Positions 1-10,199 of a stretch of DNA of 64,000 nucleotides are shown piece after piece. The notes under the pieces were generated by a model. That model was not told where the DNA came from. It saw nothing but the letters and a program-made list of their open reading frames with translations, and did not search any database. Position numbers and translations under genes: made by a program. The stretch is taken from positions 351,410 to 415,409 of IMG/VR virus record IMGVR_UViG_3300050120_000230. The stretch is one strand, 5' to 3'. The first letter of the stretch is position 1. Each line of letters opens with the position of its first letter.

Positions 1-551
1 AGCAGGACGAGATCATCGAAAGTCTCATTGCTGAACCGCACGTCGCCGCGCACGAGATCGTGGATCACGGTCTCGCCTTCGGTCGGTCCCTTGAACCGCA
101 CCACGAACGGGCCGGACAGTTCGGCCATGGTGGCGCTGGCGCGAGCCATCACGTTGGTTTGATGATATTCGGTCTTGTTGCGATAGACGGAGCGGAACGC
201 CTTGCCCGGATTGGCCGCCTTTTGAGCAGCCGCATCTTCGGGGCTCATATAGCACTTGTAGGCCCGTCCGGCGGCCAGAAGGGCATCCGCCACTTCTCGG
301 TGCCGATTGGCTTGTGCGGCTTGGAAAACCGGCTCCCCGTCGATCTTGAGACCGAGCCAGTCAAGACCATCGAGAATGACCTTGACGGCTTCGTCGGTGG
401 AGCGTTCGCGATCCGTGTCTTCAACGCGCAGCAAGAACTTGCCGCCCGTATGCTTGGCATACAGGTGATTGAAGAGCGCCGTCCTCGCCGTCCCGATATG
501 CATCATACCGGTCGGCGAGGGGGCGATACGGGTCACTACAGTTTTCATCAT
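1..551 (-). CDS. gltX: Glutamyl-tRNA synthetase (or GluQ-like), N-terminal part; runs off the window edge and is absent from the ORF track
   Basis: Manual minus-strand translation from ATG 551/548: MKTVVTRIAPSPTGMMHIGTARTALFNHLYAKHTGGKFLLRVEDTDRERSTDEAVKVILDGLDWLGL, the class I HIGH-type and R.EDTD motifs. Confidence 0.9.
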   Translation of the reverse strand, partial: MMKTVVTRIAPSPTGMMHIGTARTALFNHLYAKHTGGKFLLRVEDTDRERSTDEAVKVILDGLDWLGLKIDGEPVFQAAQANRHREVADALLAAGRAYKCYMSPEDAAAQKAANPGKAFRSVYRNKTEYHQTNVMARASATMAELSGPFVVRFKGPTEGETVIHDLVRGDVRFSNETFDDLVL

Positions 552-601
552 GTCACCCTATATCAAATATCGTTTTGGTCAACGATTTTGCAGGCGCTAT
601 T

Positions 602-1183
602 TTACGCGAACAGACCCCGGAACGTCAGGCTGATCCTCGGCGTCTTGACGATGAACCCGGCCTTCGGAATCCTGTGCAAATGGGTGCTCTGCATACCCGG
701 CCGCATCAAGAACAGGGAGCCGGGCTCCAAGAACACCCGCAGCTTCGGGCCGCCGATCATCGCGCGACATTCGATATCCCGCCCGCCGCCTACAGTCACG
801 ACAGCGATGGGCCTGCTGTGATCGATGGCCGGGTCGTCGTCGGCGTGCGGGCCGAGCGAATCGGAAGCATCCTCGTAGCCGTTCAGGAAACAGCCCTCGT
901 ATTTGAAGCCCAGTTCGGCTTCAAGCGCGGTGCTCACTTCTTCAATGGCCGGGTGGGTCACCCTCGGCTCATAGGTCCGCTCGCCGTTGCCGGAACCGTA
1001 GGTGTAGGACCGTTCGAACACGTTGGTCCAATACTCCCGTCTCGGAGTATTTTCCCTGCGCTCCCAGTCTAACTCAGCCCAGAGGGCGGCGAAGACGGCA
1101 TCCGGGTTCGAGATGAACCCCGGCTTATAGTCTACCGGAAAATCTTCGATCTTCCCGGCTTCGGGTTTTACCAGAGCGTTCAT
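602..1183 (-). CDS. AlkB-family 2OG-Fe(II) dioxygenase
   Basis: LNGY...HADD...H.IPK...RISLTFR motifs. Confidence 0.85.
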   Translation of the reverse strand: MNALVKPEAGKIEDFPVDYKPGFISNPDAVFAALWAELDWERRENTPRREYWTNVFERSYTYGSGNGERTYEPRVTHPAIEEVSTALEAELGFKYEGCFLNGYEDASDSLGPHADDDPAIDHSRPIAVVTVGGGRDIECRAMIGGPKLRVFLEPGSLFLMRPGMQSTHLHRIPKAGFIVKTPRISLTFRGLFA

Positions 1184-1193
1184 GTTCAGGCTC

Positions 1194-1775
1194 CTATTCT
1201 GCGGTCACATCCCCCTTCGGATATGCGGTGGAACCACCGCTTTCGAAAATGACGTGACGTAGACCTTTGTATTCGGCGACGAATGTTCCGACGCCAGTTT
1301 CATTTCTGTCCGCTATGTAGATGCGAACCCGATCTCCACGCTTCAGACCATCAGTGGTCTCGGTGAAAATCTGATCCGCCACGTTCGCGGGCGGTTGAAT
1401 CTTGTCGAGGTAGTGGGCCACCGCTCGTGCCGATTCGACATCGACTTCGCTGAGGCCCTCTGCCTTTACGTCCCGCCGTTCCCAGAAGAAGCGCCGCCGC
1501 TTGGGTTCGCCGGGTGTAGTAAGTCGTTGCACGATTCGTGCCAGATGGTTGCCCATCGAACGCTCTCGACGAACCTGATCCTTTCGGAAAGTCGCAGGCC
1601 ATTCGTTCAGAGTACCGATTGCGTCCATGTGCAGGAAGCATGTCGGGTCGCGAAAGGGGTTTTCCGTCTTGGCAACGAGAACACCGCGCGCATGAACGTG
1701 CCCATCGCTGAAGAACACTTCGATGCGATCCCCAACGTCAGGGTTTGCTTCATGGATTTCGCGCTCTCTAGTCAT
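1194..1775 (-). CDS. Hypothetical protein
   Basis: ORF coupled to upstream stop; start uncertain. Confidence 0.55.
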   Translation of the reverse strand: MTREREIHEANPDVGDRIEVFFSDGHVHARGVLVAKTENPFRDPTCFLHMDAIGTLNEWPATFRKDQVRRERSMGNHLARIVQRLTTPGEPKRRRFFWERRDVKAEGLSEVDVESARAVAHYLDKIQPPANVADQIFTETTDGLKRGDRVRIYIADRNETGVGTFVAEYKGLRHVIFESGGSTAYPKGDVTAE

Positions 1776-2323
1776 TACTCGGCGTCCGTCGCTGCCTTTC
1801 CGGTGTCTCGGTTCTTCTGCCACTTGGCCAGCTTGCGGCTGACTTCAGCGGCGAAACTTGCCGCCACATCGGCCGGGGTCAATCCCTGCTCGATATGATC
1901 CGGCATCGGAGTGAGCGCGCAATCGACGGCGACGATCACAACGTCGGCCAGTTCTTCGCGCACGTCATCCCACGTCTTTTTCTTGCCGTTCCCGGCGCTG
2001 GTCACGTTCAGATAGGCTTCCGCCACCTCACCCATTTCCTCGACGATTTTCATGAGGCGGCGAATCAGATTGCCGTGTTGGCGAGTCGTATTGGCGTTGG
2101 AAATCGCGGTGACCACATCACCCAAAATCAGTTCGGGATGATCTTCTTTTTCGGAGATGCGGTCGGTTACCCATTTCGTGAGCGACTCATTGGCGGCCCA
2201 GCCGCGAGTATAGCCCACAAAGGAACCGATGCCGAGTCCGAGGACTAGCAGAAGGCCACCAAAGGCGATCATTTCGGCAAATGAAACTGTGCCGCCCATA
2301 GAAAAATCCCATCCTTTGTTCAA
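1775..2323 (-). CDS. MazG-like NTP pyrophosphohydrolase with N-terminal TM segment
   Basis: KIVEEMGEVAEA...REELADVV motif; hydrophobic N-terminus. Confidence 0.75.
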   Translation of the reverse strand: MNKGWDFSMGGTVSFAEMIAFGGLLLVLGLGIGSFVGYTRGWAANESLTKWVTDRISEKEDHPELILGDVVTAISNANTTRQHGNLIRRLMKIVEEMGEVAEAYLNVTSAGNGKKKTWDDVREELADVVIVAVDCALTPMPDHIEQGLTPADVAASFAAEVSRKLAKWQKNRDTGKAATDAE

Positions 2324-2401
2324 TGCCCAAGGTATAACTCCGTCCCGTTTTGGTCAACCAAATTATTGACCGCAAGTCGGACTCAGAATTAGAGTTATTT
2401 C

Positions 2402-2887
2402 ATGACTTTGGAACAGCCTGACATTGATCTCCTGCGAGATGCCCTCGACCGAGTTAATTCGGTGTGGGACGGTGATCGTGAACTCGATTGTCGCATCGCT
2501 TACGCAGTTGGTATGAACTGGTGTGATCCGCACTGGGCATATTCTGGAACATCGTCATGGCGCGACCATGTAGAGAAAAACGGCTATATCAGCGCATGGA
2601 ATAACGATCACGTATTCGACCGAGAAGATGGCGTCCCATTGTTCAGCACCAACTTGGATGCTGGGTTCAAGCTACTTCAAACTGTTCTTCCGCACCATGA
2701 TACGATCAATATCAATTGCGATCCTTCTGGTTTCGGCGCCAACGTTGGCAACTGGTATATCGGAGAGAACAAAATGTATGACTACGCTGAGAGTTCATGC
2801 GCGTCATTTCCGTTGGCCTTCGTGAGTGCAATCCTCAAGGCTTACATCGGAAAGTTGACAGACACAGGTGTCGTCAAGGACATGTAG
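2402..2887 (+). CDS. Phage ABA-sandwich-like domain protein
   Basis: DRELD..IA and VPLFSTNLDAG motifs, similar to 44309-44662. Confidence 0.5.
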   Translation: MTLEQPDIDLLRDALDRVNSVWDGDRELDCRIAYAVGMNWCDPHWAYSGTSSWRDHVEKNGYISAWNNDHVFDREDGVPLFSTNLDAGFKLLQTVLPHHDTININCDPSGFGANVGNWYIGENKMYDYAESSCASFPLAFVSAILKAYIGKLTDTGVVKDM

Positions 2888-2900
2888 GCTAAATATGCCT

Positions 2901-3515
2901 ATGCTTAAAGAAGACATCTCCCTCAATCAGGCCAAACAATTTCTTTACCGCAACGGCGTGAAGAAACTGGACGACCAAAACCTTGAGGCAGGGCTCAAAG
3001 GCAAAGACCCAGAGACCGCGAAGAAAATCACATCGCTCTTCAAGCTGGTCGTTTCGCATTCACCAGATGTCGGCCCAGCAAAGAACAATCTCCAAGGCAA
3101 CGACTACAAGGCATGGGTCAATGTAGAGACCAACGAGGTCAATGCTTTCGATGCTCACAAATCTTACTATGATGGCATTCGGCAATTTCCAAAACTGTTC
3201 GGCCAATATTTCAACAAGGGCCTGACACCACTGCGATCTCGCATAGCCATGGAACAGGCTGGATGGGTCGCTGTGGGCGTGAACCAGTCTGAGGCTGGCA
3301 TGGGCGCTGTTGTGGTCGCAATGAGCCCTGAGCACGCTCTAAAGGCCGCTAGGATGCTGTTCAAACTTCGATACAACAAAGGCGACTGGACTTCGTTGCG
3401 AATCCGAACGAACGACGACAACATCGTGCTGTCTGATCGTTTTCAAATCCGCGATTATCTCAAGACCGGCAAACCACCCGGTCAAGGTGGCAACGACGAG
3501 TATATCGACGCCTAG
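2901..3515 (+). CDS. Hypothetical protein (late, leaderless)
   Basis: TAAATA at 2890 just upstream of ATG. Confidence 0.6.
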   Translation: MLKEDISLNQAKQFLYRNGVKKLDDQNLEAGLKGKDPETAKKITSLFKLVVSHSPDVGPAKNNLQGNDYKAWVNVETNEVNAFDAHKSYYDGIRQFPKLFGQYFNKGLTPLRSRIAMEQAGWVAVGVNQSEAGMGAVVVAMSPEHALKAARMLFKLRYNKGDWTSLRIRTNDDNIVLSDRFQIRDYLKTGKPPGQGGNDEYIDA

Positions 3516-4858
3516 AACGGAATGTTGTCGTGATAGGCGGTGTCGATCATCGTTTGTATTTGATCCGGCGAAACCAGCTTGAGCACGTTCTTCGCATTCG
3601 GCCCAATCTTGCTGAGCACATCATGCACGGTCATCGGCCGGGCTTTTTTCCAAGACAGTTGTGCCTTGCGTTCGCGGCGCGTTTGTCCGTTCTGCCTGAC
3701 CGGCCGCAGCGCCCACTTCACGATGCTCTCTCCAATATCGGTCACACCGAGTTCGGCGAGAGCTTTCAAAGTGGTGGGTTCCGTCAGCAATGCGATATCG
3801 GCGCGAGTCAGATAGGCTTCCTTGATGAACTCAGGAAGATGTTCTGCGATGACAGACCAAGCCTCTTCGTGAATTTTGGCAATCTCAAACAAATGAGTCA
3901 CGGCGCCGACGCTCAACCGAATGTGAGTGAAGAACCCACTGAGACCATCGCGCACCCCACCATAAAGTTCGTCGCTCGAATAGAACGATTCGAAAAAGTC
4001 GTGCGTATTCTTCGCAGCGAAGTGCGCTGATTTTCCGGTCTTCAACAGTTCCGGCCATTCCTTCATCAGGAACTTGCCTTGTTCGTTGTCGCCACCTTCG
4101 TCATCGCCGTAGAACAGAATGCGAGACAGGTCTTCGACGGAGTCCACCATCACTGGATAGTCTCCAAACGTCTCTGCGGATTGGCGGCGGACGTTATGGA
4201 GCATCTCAGCGACACGCACCGATTGCTTGCTGAAGAACACCGCCTGCGTCGGCTCGTTGGGGTGAATGATACCCTGCCCCGTCTTGTCCGCAACGCCAGA
4301 GTATCCCAGTGCACGGAACACTTTGTTCCATGCGGCGGGGAGACTGCCGCCAAGCTGTCCTGCAACGACCATGGTCACATGCCAGATGGCGAATGCATAT
4401 GGGTTGGTGATGGTGTCGAGGGTTCGAGCCGTCGAGATCGATTTTTCGATGAATGCATCCCAGAACTCATCGTCACGATCTTCATCATAGGCGCGAGAGA
4501 ACTTGGGTAGAATGATGCTGCCATATAGGCCATGCAGCATCTCTTTGTCGGCTTCGAACTCTCCCGCAGAGTAGTGAGCGAGATCGAGAATCTTGCCGAG
4601 TGCTTCTAGGACATAGACAAAAGGACGGTCGGCTGCGAAAGGCACACTACCATGTTCGATTTGATGCCAGTACGCCTGCACAGGATAGGCGTAGATGCCC
4701 AATGGCGTGTTGTAGGTTGTCTTGGGATTGAGGCCAACCTTGGGAATGTCAACGAAGGTGATGTAGACGTTCGGGTCTGAGGCATATTTTCGCAACTCGG
4801 AGACCACGTCGGGTCTCCGTTCAAGCAAAACATTTTCGAAGAGTTCGGAAACGATCAT
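3512..4858 (-). CDS. Hypothetical protein, possibly virion-associated
   Basis: Long ORF, MIVSELFE N-terminus, TAAATA upstream at 4888-4883. Confidence 0.65.
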   Translation of the reverse strand: MIVSELFENVLLERRPDVVSELRKYASDPNVYITFVDIPKVGLNPKTTYNTPLGIYAYPVQAYWHQIEHGSVPFAADRPFVYVLEALGKILDLAHYSAGEFEADKEMLHGLYGSIILPKFSRAYDEDRDDEFWDAFIEKSISTARTLDTITNPYAFAIWHVTMVVAGQLGGSLPAAWNKVFRALGYSGVADKTGQGIIHPNEPTQAVFFSKQSVRVAEMLHNVRRQSAETFGDYPVMVDSVEDLSRILFYGDDEGGDNEQGKFLMKEWPELLKTGKSAHFAAKNTHDFFESFYSSDELYGGVRDGLSGFFTHIRLSVGAVTHLFEIAKIHEEAWSVIAEHLPEFIKEAYLTRADIALLTEPTTLKALAELGVTDIGESIVKWALRPVRQNGQTRRERKAQLSWKKARPMTVHDVLSKIGPNAKNVLKLVSPDQIQTMIDTAYHDNIPF

Positions 4859-4881
4859 TGACCCAAGCACAAATTGCTTGG

Positions 4882-5595
4882 TTATTTAGGCTGTGTGAGC
4901 ACCTTGTATTCATCGAACCCGATCATCCGACTGTAGGGTTCGCCCGTGAATCGCACGATGACCTTAGCGCCCGGTGGGGGTTCTTCACCGTTGACCTGAT
5001 AGTGGTAGGCAAAACTGGTGACATAGTTCGTAGTCGGCCGCGAGCAATGGGCACGGGTAAAACCAGCCCGTTTGATCGTGTCCCAGAAAACCCGGTCACC
5101 GGTGATCCCCTCGCGCGGGTCTTTGAAGCCCCATGACGAGAACGCGGCGAATGCTGGCTTCATGACCAGATAGCAATTCGTGTCGTTGAAGTTCACACCT
5201 TCGGACTCGGCGTCCACGCCCATGACGGTGCCATCCATGCGGATGAGCGTTCGGGTTCCGGTGACGACTTGCACACCGGTTTGCTTCTGCACATGCAAAA
5301 GCGTTTCGATGTGATCGGTCGCGAAATAATTGTCCGCATCGAGAAGGGTGATCGCCTCGGCGCCGCGATTGGAAGCGATCAATCCGGCAATAGCGCGGGG
5401 CGTATCCCCGTAATCGCCACAGGCTGGAATCTTGACGTGGACCACATCCCAATTGTCCACCTCGGGATTGGGATGACCATCGGAAACCATGATGTGCAAG
5501 ACATCGGAATGGGTCTGAGCTTTGACACTATCGTGGCATCGCTTCAAGATTTCGGTAGACTCCTTGAAATAGGGAGTCACTACAGCAACCAGCAT
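4882..5595 (-). CDS. Glycosyltransferase family 2
   Basis: VAVVTPYF...SDG...LLDADN GT-A motifs. Confidence 0.85.
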   Translation of the reverse strand: MLVAVVTPYFKESTEILKRCHDSVKAQTHSDVLHIMVSDGHPNPEVDNWDVVHVKIPACGDYGDTPRAIAGLIASNRGAEAITLLDADNYFATDHIETLLHVQKQTGVQVVTGTRTLIRMDGTVMGVDAESEGVNFNDTNCYLVMKPAFAAFSSWGFKDPREGITGDRVFWDTIKRAGFTRAHCSRPTTNYVTSFAYHYQVNGEEPPPGAKVIVRFTGEPYSRMIGFDEYKVLTQPK

Positions 5596-5620
5596 TTCTC
5601 ACCAAAGATTAACTCTGGTG

Positions 5621-6220
5621 TTATTTATCCAGTTTGCGGAATGCCTTTGCAATATCTTCCACAGTAGTCCGGTCAATAGTTTCCTCGATATACCGATCAG
5701 AGAACATTTTCGGCGGCATTCCCGCAGAAATAGCTTGTTGAATTTTCATGAGTTCATAAAGCTGTTGCTCTTTGAAATGTTTCTTCTCTTCTTCCATCTG
5801 CTGTTGGATGGATCGTTCCCGAATGATCTTGAGGATTTCCCGTGCATCGGCGTGCGTGGGAGAAGTCTGGGTAGACACACCCTTAAATGGGGGAGCAGGC
5901 GGCGGTTCCTTCTTTTCTTCCTCTGGTAGTTCGAAACCATTGAAGAACATCTTGAAGTTCACCACGTCCGCATCGCCTTCGATGTAGACCTTGATGGGCT
6001 TGGCCGACGAAGTGATGTGATAGAGCGAGTTGCACGCCTCAGCGAGCCAGTCGATGATCGTCTGCTTGATGCGAAGCATGTCGGTATTGTTCGCGCCCGG
6101 CATAGTAATCTCGGAACGATTACGCACCATGATGGTATGCAGTTCGGAGCCATGGATCGCCGCGAAGTCGTCGGCCGATAGGGCTTTCGGGGTCGAGATG
6201 ACGAGAGAGGGTGTAGACAT
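5621..6220 (-). CDS. Hypothetical protein (internal FKMFF family motif)
   Basis: ORF; IEGDADVVNFKMFF. Confidence 0.6.
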   Translation of the reverse strand: MSTPSLVISTPKALSADDFAAIHGSELHTIMVRNRSEITMPGANNTDMLRIKQTIIDWLAEACNSLYHITSSAKPIKVYIEGDADVVNFKMFFNGFELPEEEKKEPPPAPPFKGVSTQTSPTHADAREILKIIRERSIQQQMEEEKKHFKEQQLYELMKIQQAISAGMPPKMFSDRYIEETIDRTTVEDIAKAFRKLDK

Positions 6221-6256
6221 GCTTGGTCCAGTTTCGTTAACCAGATTATAACAGGG

Positions 6257-6940
6257 TTAACGCGGCAGGCAAAGACGATTTTTTGGGCGTTGGGGAACAG
6301 CCAAACCCGTTGGCTGTGACGAGATATGGTAGATCGGCTTGAACTGGACCCAGAGCCCGTCAAACTGGTCACCAGCCGCCACGCGGCTATCGAAATTGTA
6401 TCCAAAGGCAATCAGGTCTTGCGACCGCATGACTTTCTTCATGCGATTGTCGAGAACGAAATCCCCCGCATCCGTGGCTACGACCAACACGGCATGAAAT
6501 TTTTGCCCTTCGGTATAGGTCAATGTGAACAACAGGGGTGTTGAAGGAAGACCCAAGTCGATGAGGCGCCGTAGTTTCCAGAGCGCGAAACCATCGCAAT
6601 CGTCATAGAGTTTCTCGTCAACCTGACATGGGAAATCCCAGTTTTCTTCTTGACCCCATGTATCTTGATCGCTGGTCCACGTTATATTCGTGTTGCCTTC
6701 GGTGTTCACTTTCTCAAGCAAAGCGGCCAGTGCCTTGTCATAATGCAGCAATTTCGTTGATTTGTGCTTGGCCAATTCGGCGGCGAACGCTGGTTCTCGA
6801 CGAGTGAATTGCTTGGCTTCAAGAGGGCTTTGCGTAATCAACAAAATAGGCGGCATGGCGCTTGTTTGAAACACAGCGAACTCGGCCGCCGCGCTGGATG
6901 GGACAAACAGAAGGATGAAAAGCAAAATCAAGAGACGCAT
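6257..6940 (-). CDS. Transglutaminase-like cysteine peptidase (BTLCP/LapG-like), secreted
   Basis: Signal peptide; DCDGFALWK, HAVLVV, VLDN (Cys-His-Asp triad). Confidence 0.8.
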   Translation of the reverse strand: MRLLILLFILLFVPSSAAAEFAVFQTSAMPPILLITQSPLEAKQFTRREPAFAAELAKHKSTKLLHYDKALAALLEKVNTEGNTNITWTSDQDTWGQEENWDFPCQVDEKLYDDCDGFALWKLRRLIDLGLPSTPLLFTLTYTEGQKFHAVLVVATDAGDFVLDNRMKKVMRSQDLIAFGYNFDSRVAAGDQFDGLWVQFKPIYHISSQPTGLAVPQRPKNRLCLPR

Positions 6941-7071
6941 ACTGAAAATATTTAGGTGGTGCTCAGAATAGAAAAACCACTGTTAAGTATTTCTACATAC
7001 ACAATTAATTGATCTGATTGATCTTTCAGCAAGTCATCAAATATATACTTAGGAAATGCCTAAATATTGCT

Positions 7072-7515
7072 ATGCGTTATTGGGAAATCATCTCTGAAGA
7101 AGGCTTGATTGTTCCGGGCATCAACACGACGCCTGATGTTCAACCCGGTGAGACCGCACGGCAGGCGGCCAAACTTGGCTTCACCGTAGATGCGAATGGC
7201 ATCCCGCCGCTCATTTATGGAGGAAGCTCCCACTCCACCGCCACGTCACCGAAAATGCGTAGGGACAAGGGCCAAATTTTCTATGGAAAGAATGGCGCCC
7301 CGGCGAACAAGAACGCACCAAGGGTGGTTCGTGAAGGTGCTGTTCTAGAAAACTTGGTGATTGTTTGTCCAACGTGCCATGTCGAACGACATGCCGGGCA
7401 CCGCCCAAATGTTGACTATTTGGGGCAACATGTTGATTTTTATGAAGAAATTGTGGAGCTTACCGGGATCGAACCGGTCGCCTCAACCTTGCAAAGGTCG
7501 CGCTCTACCAAATGA
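7072..7515 (+). CDS. Hypothetical protein ending in an HNH-like remnant; overlaps tRNA-Ala on the opposite strand
   Basis: TAAATA at 7061; C-terminal ENLVIVCPTCHVERH. Confidence 0.4.
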   Translation: MRYWEIISEEGLIVPGINTTPDVQPGETARQAAKLGFTVDANGIPPLIYGGSSHSTATSPKMRRDKGQIFYGKNGAPANKNAPRVVREGAVLENLVIVCPTCHVERHAGHRPNVDYLGQHVDFYEEIVELTGIEPVASTLQRSRSTK

Positions 7516-7526
7516 GCTAAAGCCCC
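7454..7526 (-). tRNA. tRNA-Ala(TGC)
   Basis: GGGGCTT/AAGCTCC acceptor with G3:U70, loop TTTGCAA, TTCGATC T-loop. Confidence 0.92.
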
Positions 7527-7562
7527 TAACGCTTTCGCGCGGTAATCTATTTATCAAACTGA

Positions 7563-7640
7563 TGGCGACGTGGGTAGGGCTCGAACCTACATACCTACCC
7601 CTTGCGGAGGTAGCCCCTAACCAATTCGGAACACCGCGTC
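7563..7640 (-). tRNA. Atypical tRNA, GCA (Cys) anticodon but C33 and G73
   Basis: Cloverleaf with GTAGG-TTCGAGC-CCTAC and encoded CCA; loop CCGCAAG. Confidence 0.6.
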
Positions 7641-7689
7641 GTAACCATTCAACAGAATTAAATCTAGGGAACGAGAACTCTTGTGTCAA

Positions 7690-7935
7690 CTACTCCCGCA
7701 CGACCACCGGTAAGAAATCCAGCGTGTCGCGCAGGCCGAACTTGAGCGCGAGCACACGAAGCGCGTCGAGTTGATCGGCCAGCGAGGCTTGAATCTGCGG
7801 TTGCTGGGGAATCGCCTTGACGATGTCCATGTTCAGCGCCACGCGGTGCAGGCGCTCGGTCGGCGTCTCGCCGGGGAGAACTTCCGCTTGGATTTCACGA
7901 AGGACATCCGGGTGAATCGTCGGGGTCATGAGCAC
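7690..7935 (-). CDS. Hypothetical protein
   Basis: ORF in minus-strand gene string, GGAGG RBS. Confidence 0.55.
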   Translation of the reverse strand: MLMTPTIHPDVLREIQAEVLPGETPTERLHRVALNMDIVKAIPQQPQIQASLADQLDALRVLALKFGLRDTLDFLPVVVRE

Positions 7936-7946
7936 CTCCTGCGTAA

Positions 7947-8243
7947 TCAGAACTTCAATTCTACGTCAGGATCGGCATCCGTCAACAATATCTGAGCACA
8001 TCCGATGATAATTTCGGCTCGTTCGGCGAGTGCTTTGAGCGTCCTGAACCGATATTCTGGAATTCTACTGGGGAGCCACTCCGGTTCTTGGTGTGGATAG
8101 GGGCGTTCTGCATGAAGTTTGAATATACCAAAATGCCATGTTCCAACCGGGGCTTCCTCCCTGACATAGGGGTCAGTTTCCATGGCGACCATCTTCACGT
8201 CGAATAGCTTGAAGAGCATGTTGATCTCGACGAGGTCTTTCAT
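7947..8243 (-). CDS. Hypothetical protein
   Basis: Start overlaps upstream stop. Confidence 0.55.
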   Translation of the reverse strand: MKDLVEINMLFKLFDVKMVAMETDPYVREEAPVGTWHFGIFKLHAERPYPHQEPEWLPSRIPEYRFRTLKALAERAEIIIGCAQILLTDADPDVELKF

Positions 8244-8596
8244 TCGTCGTCAATCTCTGCCGCCATCATCAGCATGGTCATGTCGCTGACGAACGCTTGT
8301 TGATTTCCGCTTACCGACAACGTTTGATACGGCCGATCATTGTTCATGCGACTGTGGAGAAACCACGCGTCACCTTTCACTGCCCAACGACGTTCTCCAT
8401 GCCATAGAACGAAGAAGCATACCCCACCAATGGTTCGACGCATTGTGATCGAATGTCCTTCGCGAACCCAATCTCGGTCAAAACGCTGTTCGGCCGGGGA
8501 GACCGCGTTGCGACGCTCTTCCAACAGGTGGCTAACCAACCGTTGCGAGAACTGCTTGACGGATACTGATTCGACGGGGATGGCGGGCTCAGACAT
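8240..8596 (-). CDS. Hypothetical protein
   Basis: Coupled ORF. Confidence 0.55.
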   Translation of the reverse strand: MSEPAIPVESVSVKQFSQRLVSHLLEERRNAVSPAEQRFDRDWVREGHSITMRRTIGGVCFFVLWHGERRWAVKGDAWFLHSRMNNDRPYQTLSVSGNQQAFVSDMTMLMMAAEIDDE

Positions 8597-8984
8597 GGGC
8601 CATCATCACGGCAAGATCGTCTTCGAAACAGCTACCGTCCGTTTCGAGCGTGATCGTATAAAGTTCGTGCGGTTCCGGGTTGCGATCATGCTTTACCCTG
8701 AAGTCATACTGCTTGCCGTAATCAGGCACGCAGGAGACATTCCAACGGCCTTTGGAGCCGAGGAAGAAATTACCGGAGCCCACGTAGCGCAGAAGGGTGA
8801 GATGCAGCCCGGCGAAGATCACGTCCTCTTGGCTCGTGTGATCCAAGACTCGGATCACGGCGCCCGCCATACCTTCTACAAGGCCGAGACGGTCGGTTTC
8901 GATCCGCGCCGCGACCTTGTAGAGGCATAGCGCCACTTCGGGAGATGTTACATCAGCCACCGTAAGGCCCCAGAACGCCCGCAA
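8589..8984 (-). CDS. Hypothetical protein
   Basis: Coupled ORF; start uncertain. Confidence 0.5.
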   Translation of the reverse strand: MRAFWGLTVADVTSPEVALCLYKVAARIETDRLGLVEGMAGAVIRVLDHTSQEDVIFAGLHLTLLRYVGSGNFFLGSKGRWNVSCVPDYGKQYDFRVKHDRNPEPHELYTITLETDGSCFEDDLAVMMAHV

Positions 8985-9789
8985 GCGAGCCGTAGTGCTC
9001 TTCCATGCAAGTCAGCAGCACCGCCCGCAGAGCGCCCTCGTCAGGGCCATAGGGCAGCTTGCTGTCCTCATAGACCCGTTCAAGCGAAACTTCCTTTTCA
9101 GCGAAGTAGGCTTGAAGCTGATCGAGCGACCACTCGCCGCCACGGATGGCATTGAGAACAGCCACGTTCCGGCGAAGATCGAGATCACCCTCTGAGAGGA
9201 TTTGCTCGACTTCAAGCATCAGGCGGACGACGTGATAGCCGTATTTCACGTCATACCCATACTTCTCGGTCAGAGCCTTGCGCTTCTCGTTCGATTGGCG
9301 TTGGCTTCCCTTGATGGCCTTCATCTGTGAGAAAGCATAGCCCTTGAACTTGTGCCACGCTCCCTTGTGAAGGAAGAGCTTGCGGTTCGCACGCACGATC
9401 TCTGAGACCTTCGACGTGTGAATGAGGCAATCTTCCGGGGTGAATAGAACGTCCACCATGTTCGGGTTCATGCCCATGCACAGTTCGAAGAACTTCACGA
9501 TGTTGTAGATCGTGAAATCGTATTCGGTCAGGCCGTCTTGGGACTTAACGTGATGAAGCTGCCAATCCCCGAATCTTTCACCTTGGTTGCCGAAACCGAC
9601 AATGATGCCTTTGGTATGCGGGAACACCACTTCGAGCGGCGGCATACACAGGCCGACCATATCGAGATCGCTGTTGTCGGTGCTCACGCCATAGGCGGTC
9701 GAGCCGGTGATCGTCAGATAGGTCGTCGCGTCCGGCAGCCATGTCGGGCAATCGAGCAGACCTTGCTCTTTCAATTCTTGAACGATCAT
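8953..9789 (-). CDS. Pol-beta-superfamily nucleotidyltransferase (RlaP/YcgL-like)
   Basis: GSTAYG...SDLD motif, NPN, KYGYHVVRL. Confidence 0.8.
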   Translation of the reverse strand: MIVQELKEQGLLDCPTWLPDATTYLTITGSTAYGVSTDNSDLDMVGLCMPPLEVVFPHTKGIIVGFGNQGERFGDWQLHHVKSQDGLTEYDFTIYNIVKFFELCMGMNPNMVDVLFTPEDCLIHTSKVSEIVRANRKLFLHKGAWHKFKGYAFSQMKAIKGSQRQSNEKRKALTEKYGYDVKYGYHVVRLMLEVEQILSEGDLDLRRNVAVLNAIRGGEWSLDQLQAYFAEKEVSLERVYEDSKLPYGPDEGALRAVLLTCMEEHYGSLAGVLGPYGG

Positions 9790-9866
9790 GTGCCGGACTC
9801 CATTCTGGAATATTGCTCGAAGCCTACAATTGAGTTAGATTTTCGTCAACGAAAATAGGTTCATCC

Positions 9867-10196
9867 ATGACCAAGCAATTGGCTCCTACAGTTCTTCAAG
9901 GCAGTGGAATCGGAAAGATTATCGACACTCCCGAGGAACAGGATGCGTTGGACACTGCTTTGGAGCGGGCACATGAACGTGGTCGGGTCTGGCTGGCAGA
10001 GTTCAAAACGAAGTCCGAAGATGAACAGGTCGAGATCATCGCCGACTACATCTATCACTACGTTCGAGGCGGGGAGATGGGAAGTTTCGGCTTCGATGAG
10101 TTGCCACCAAAACCTCTTCGAAATGAAGATGACAAGTCAATGTGCCAAGAAGCGTATTTGGACGCTGCACGATTTGTCGCACGGCTTTATCGTTGA
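9867..10196 (+). CDS. Hypothetical protein
   Basis: ORF. Confidence 0.5.
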   Translation: MTKQLAPTVLQGSGIGKIIDTPEEQDALDTALERAHERGRVWLAEFKTKSEDEQVEIIADYIYHYVRGGEMGSFGFDELPPKPLRNEDDKSMCQEAYLDAARFVARLYR

Positions 10197-10199
10197 TCC

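Noticed and set aside
60-821. 253-aa plus-strand ORF
   Set aside because: Antisense shadow of the GluRS and AlkB genes on the minus strand.
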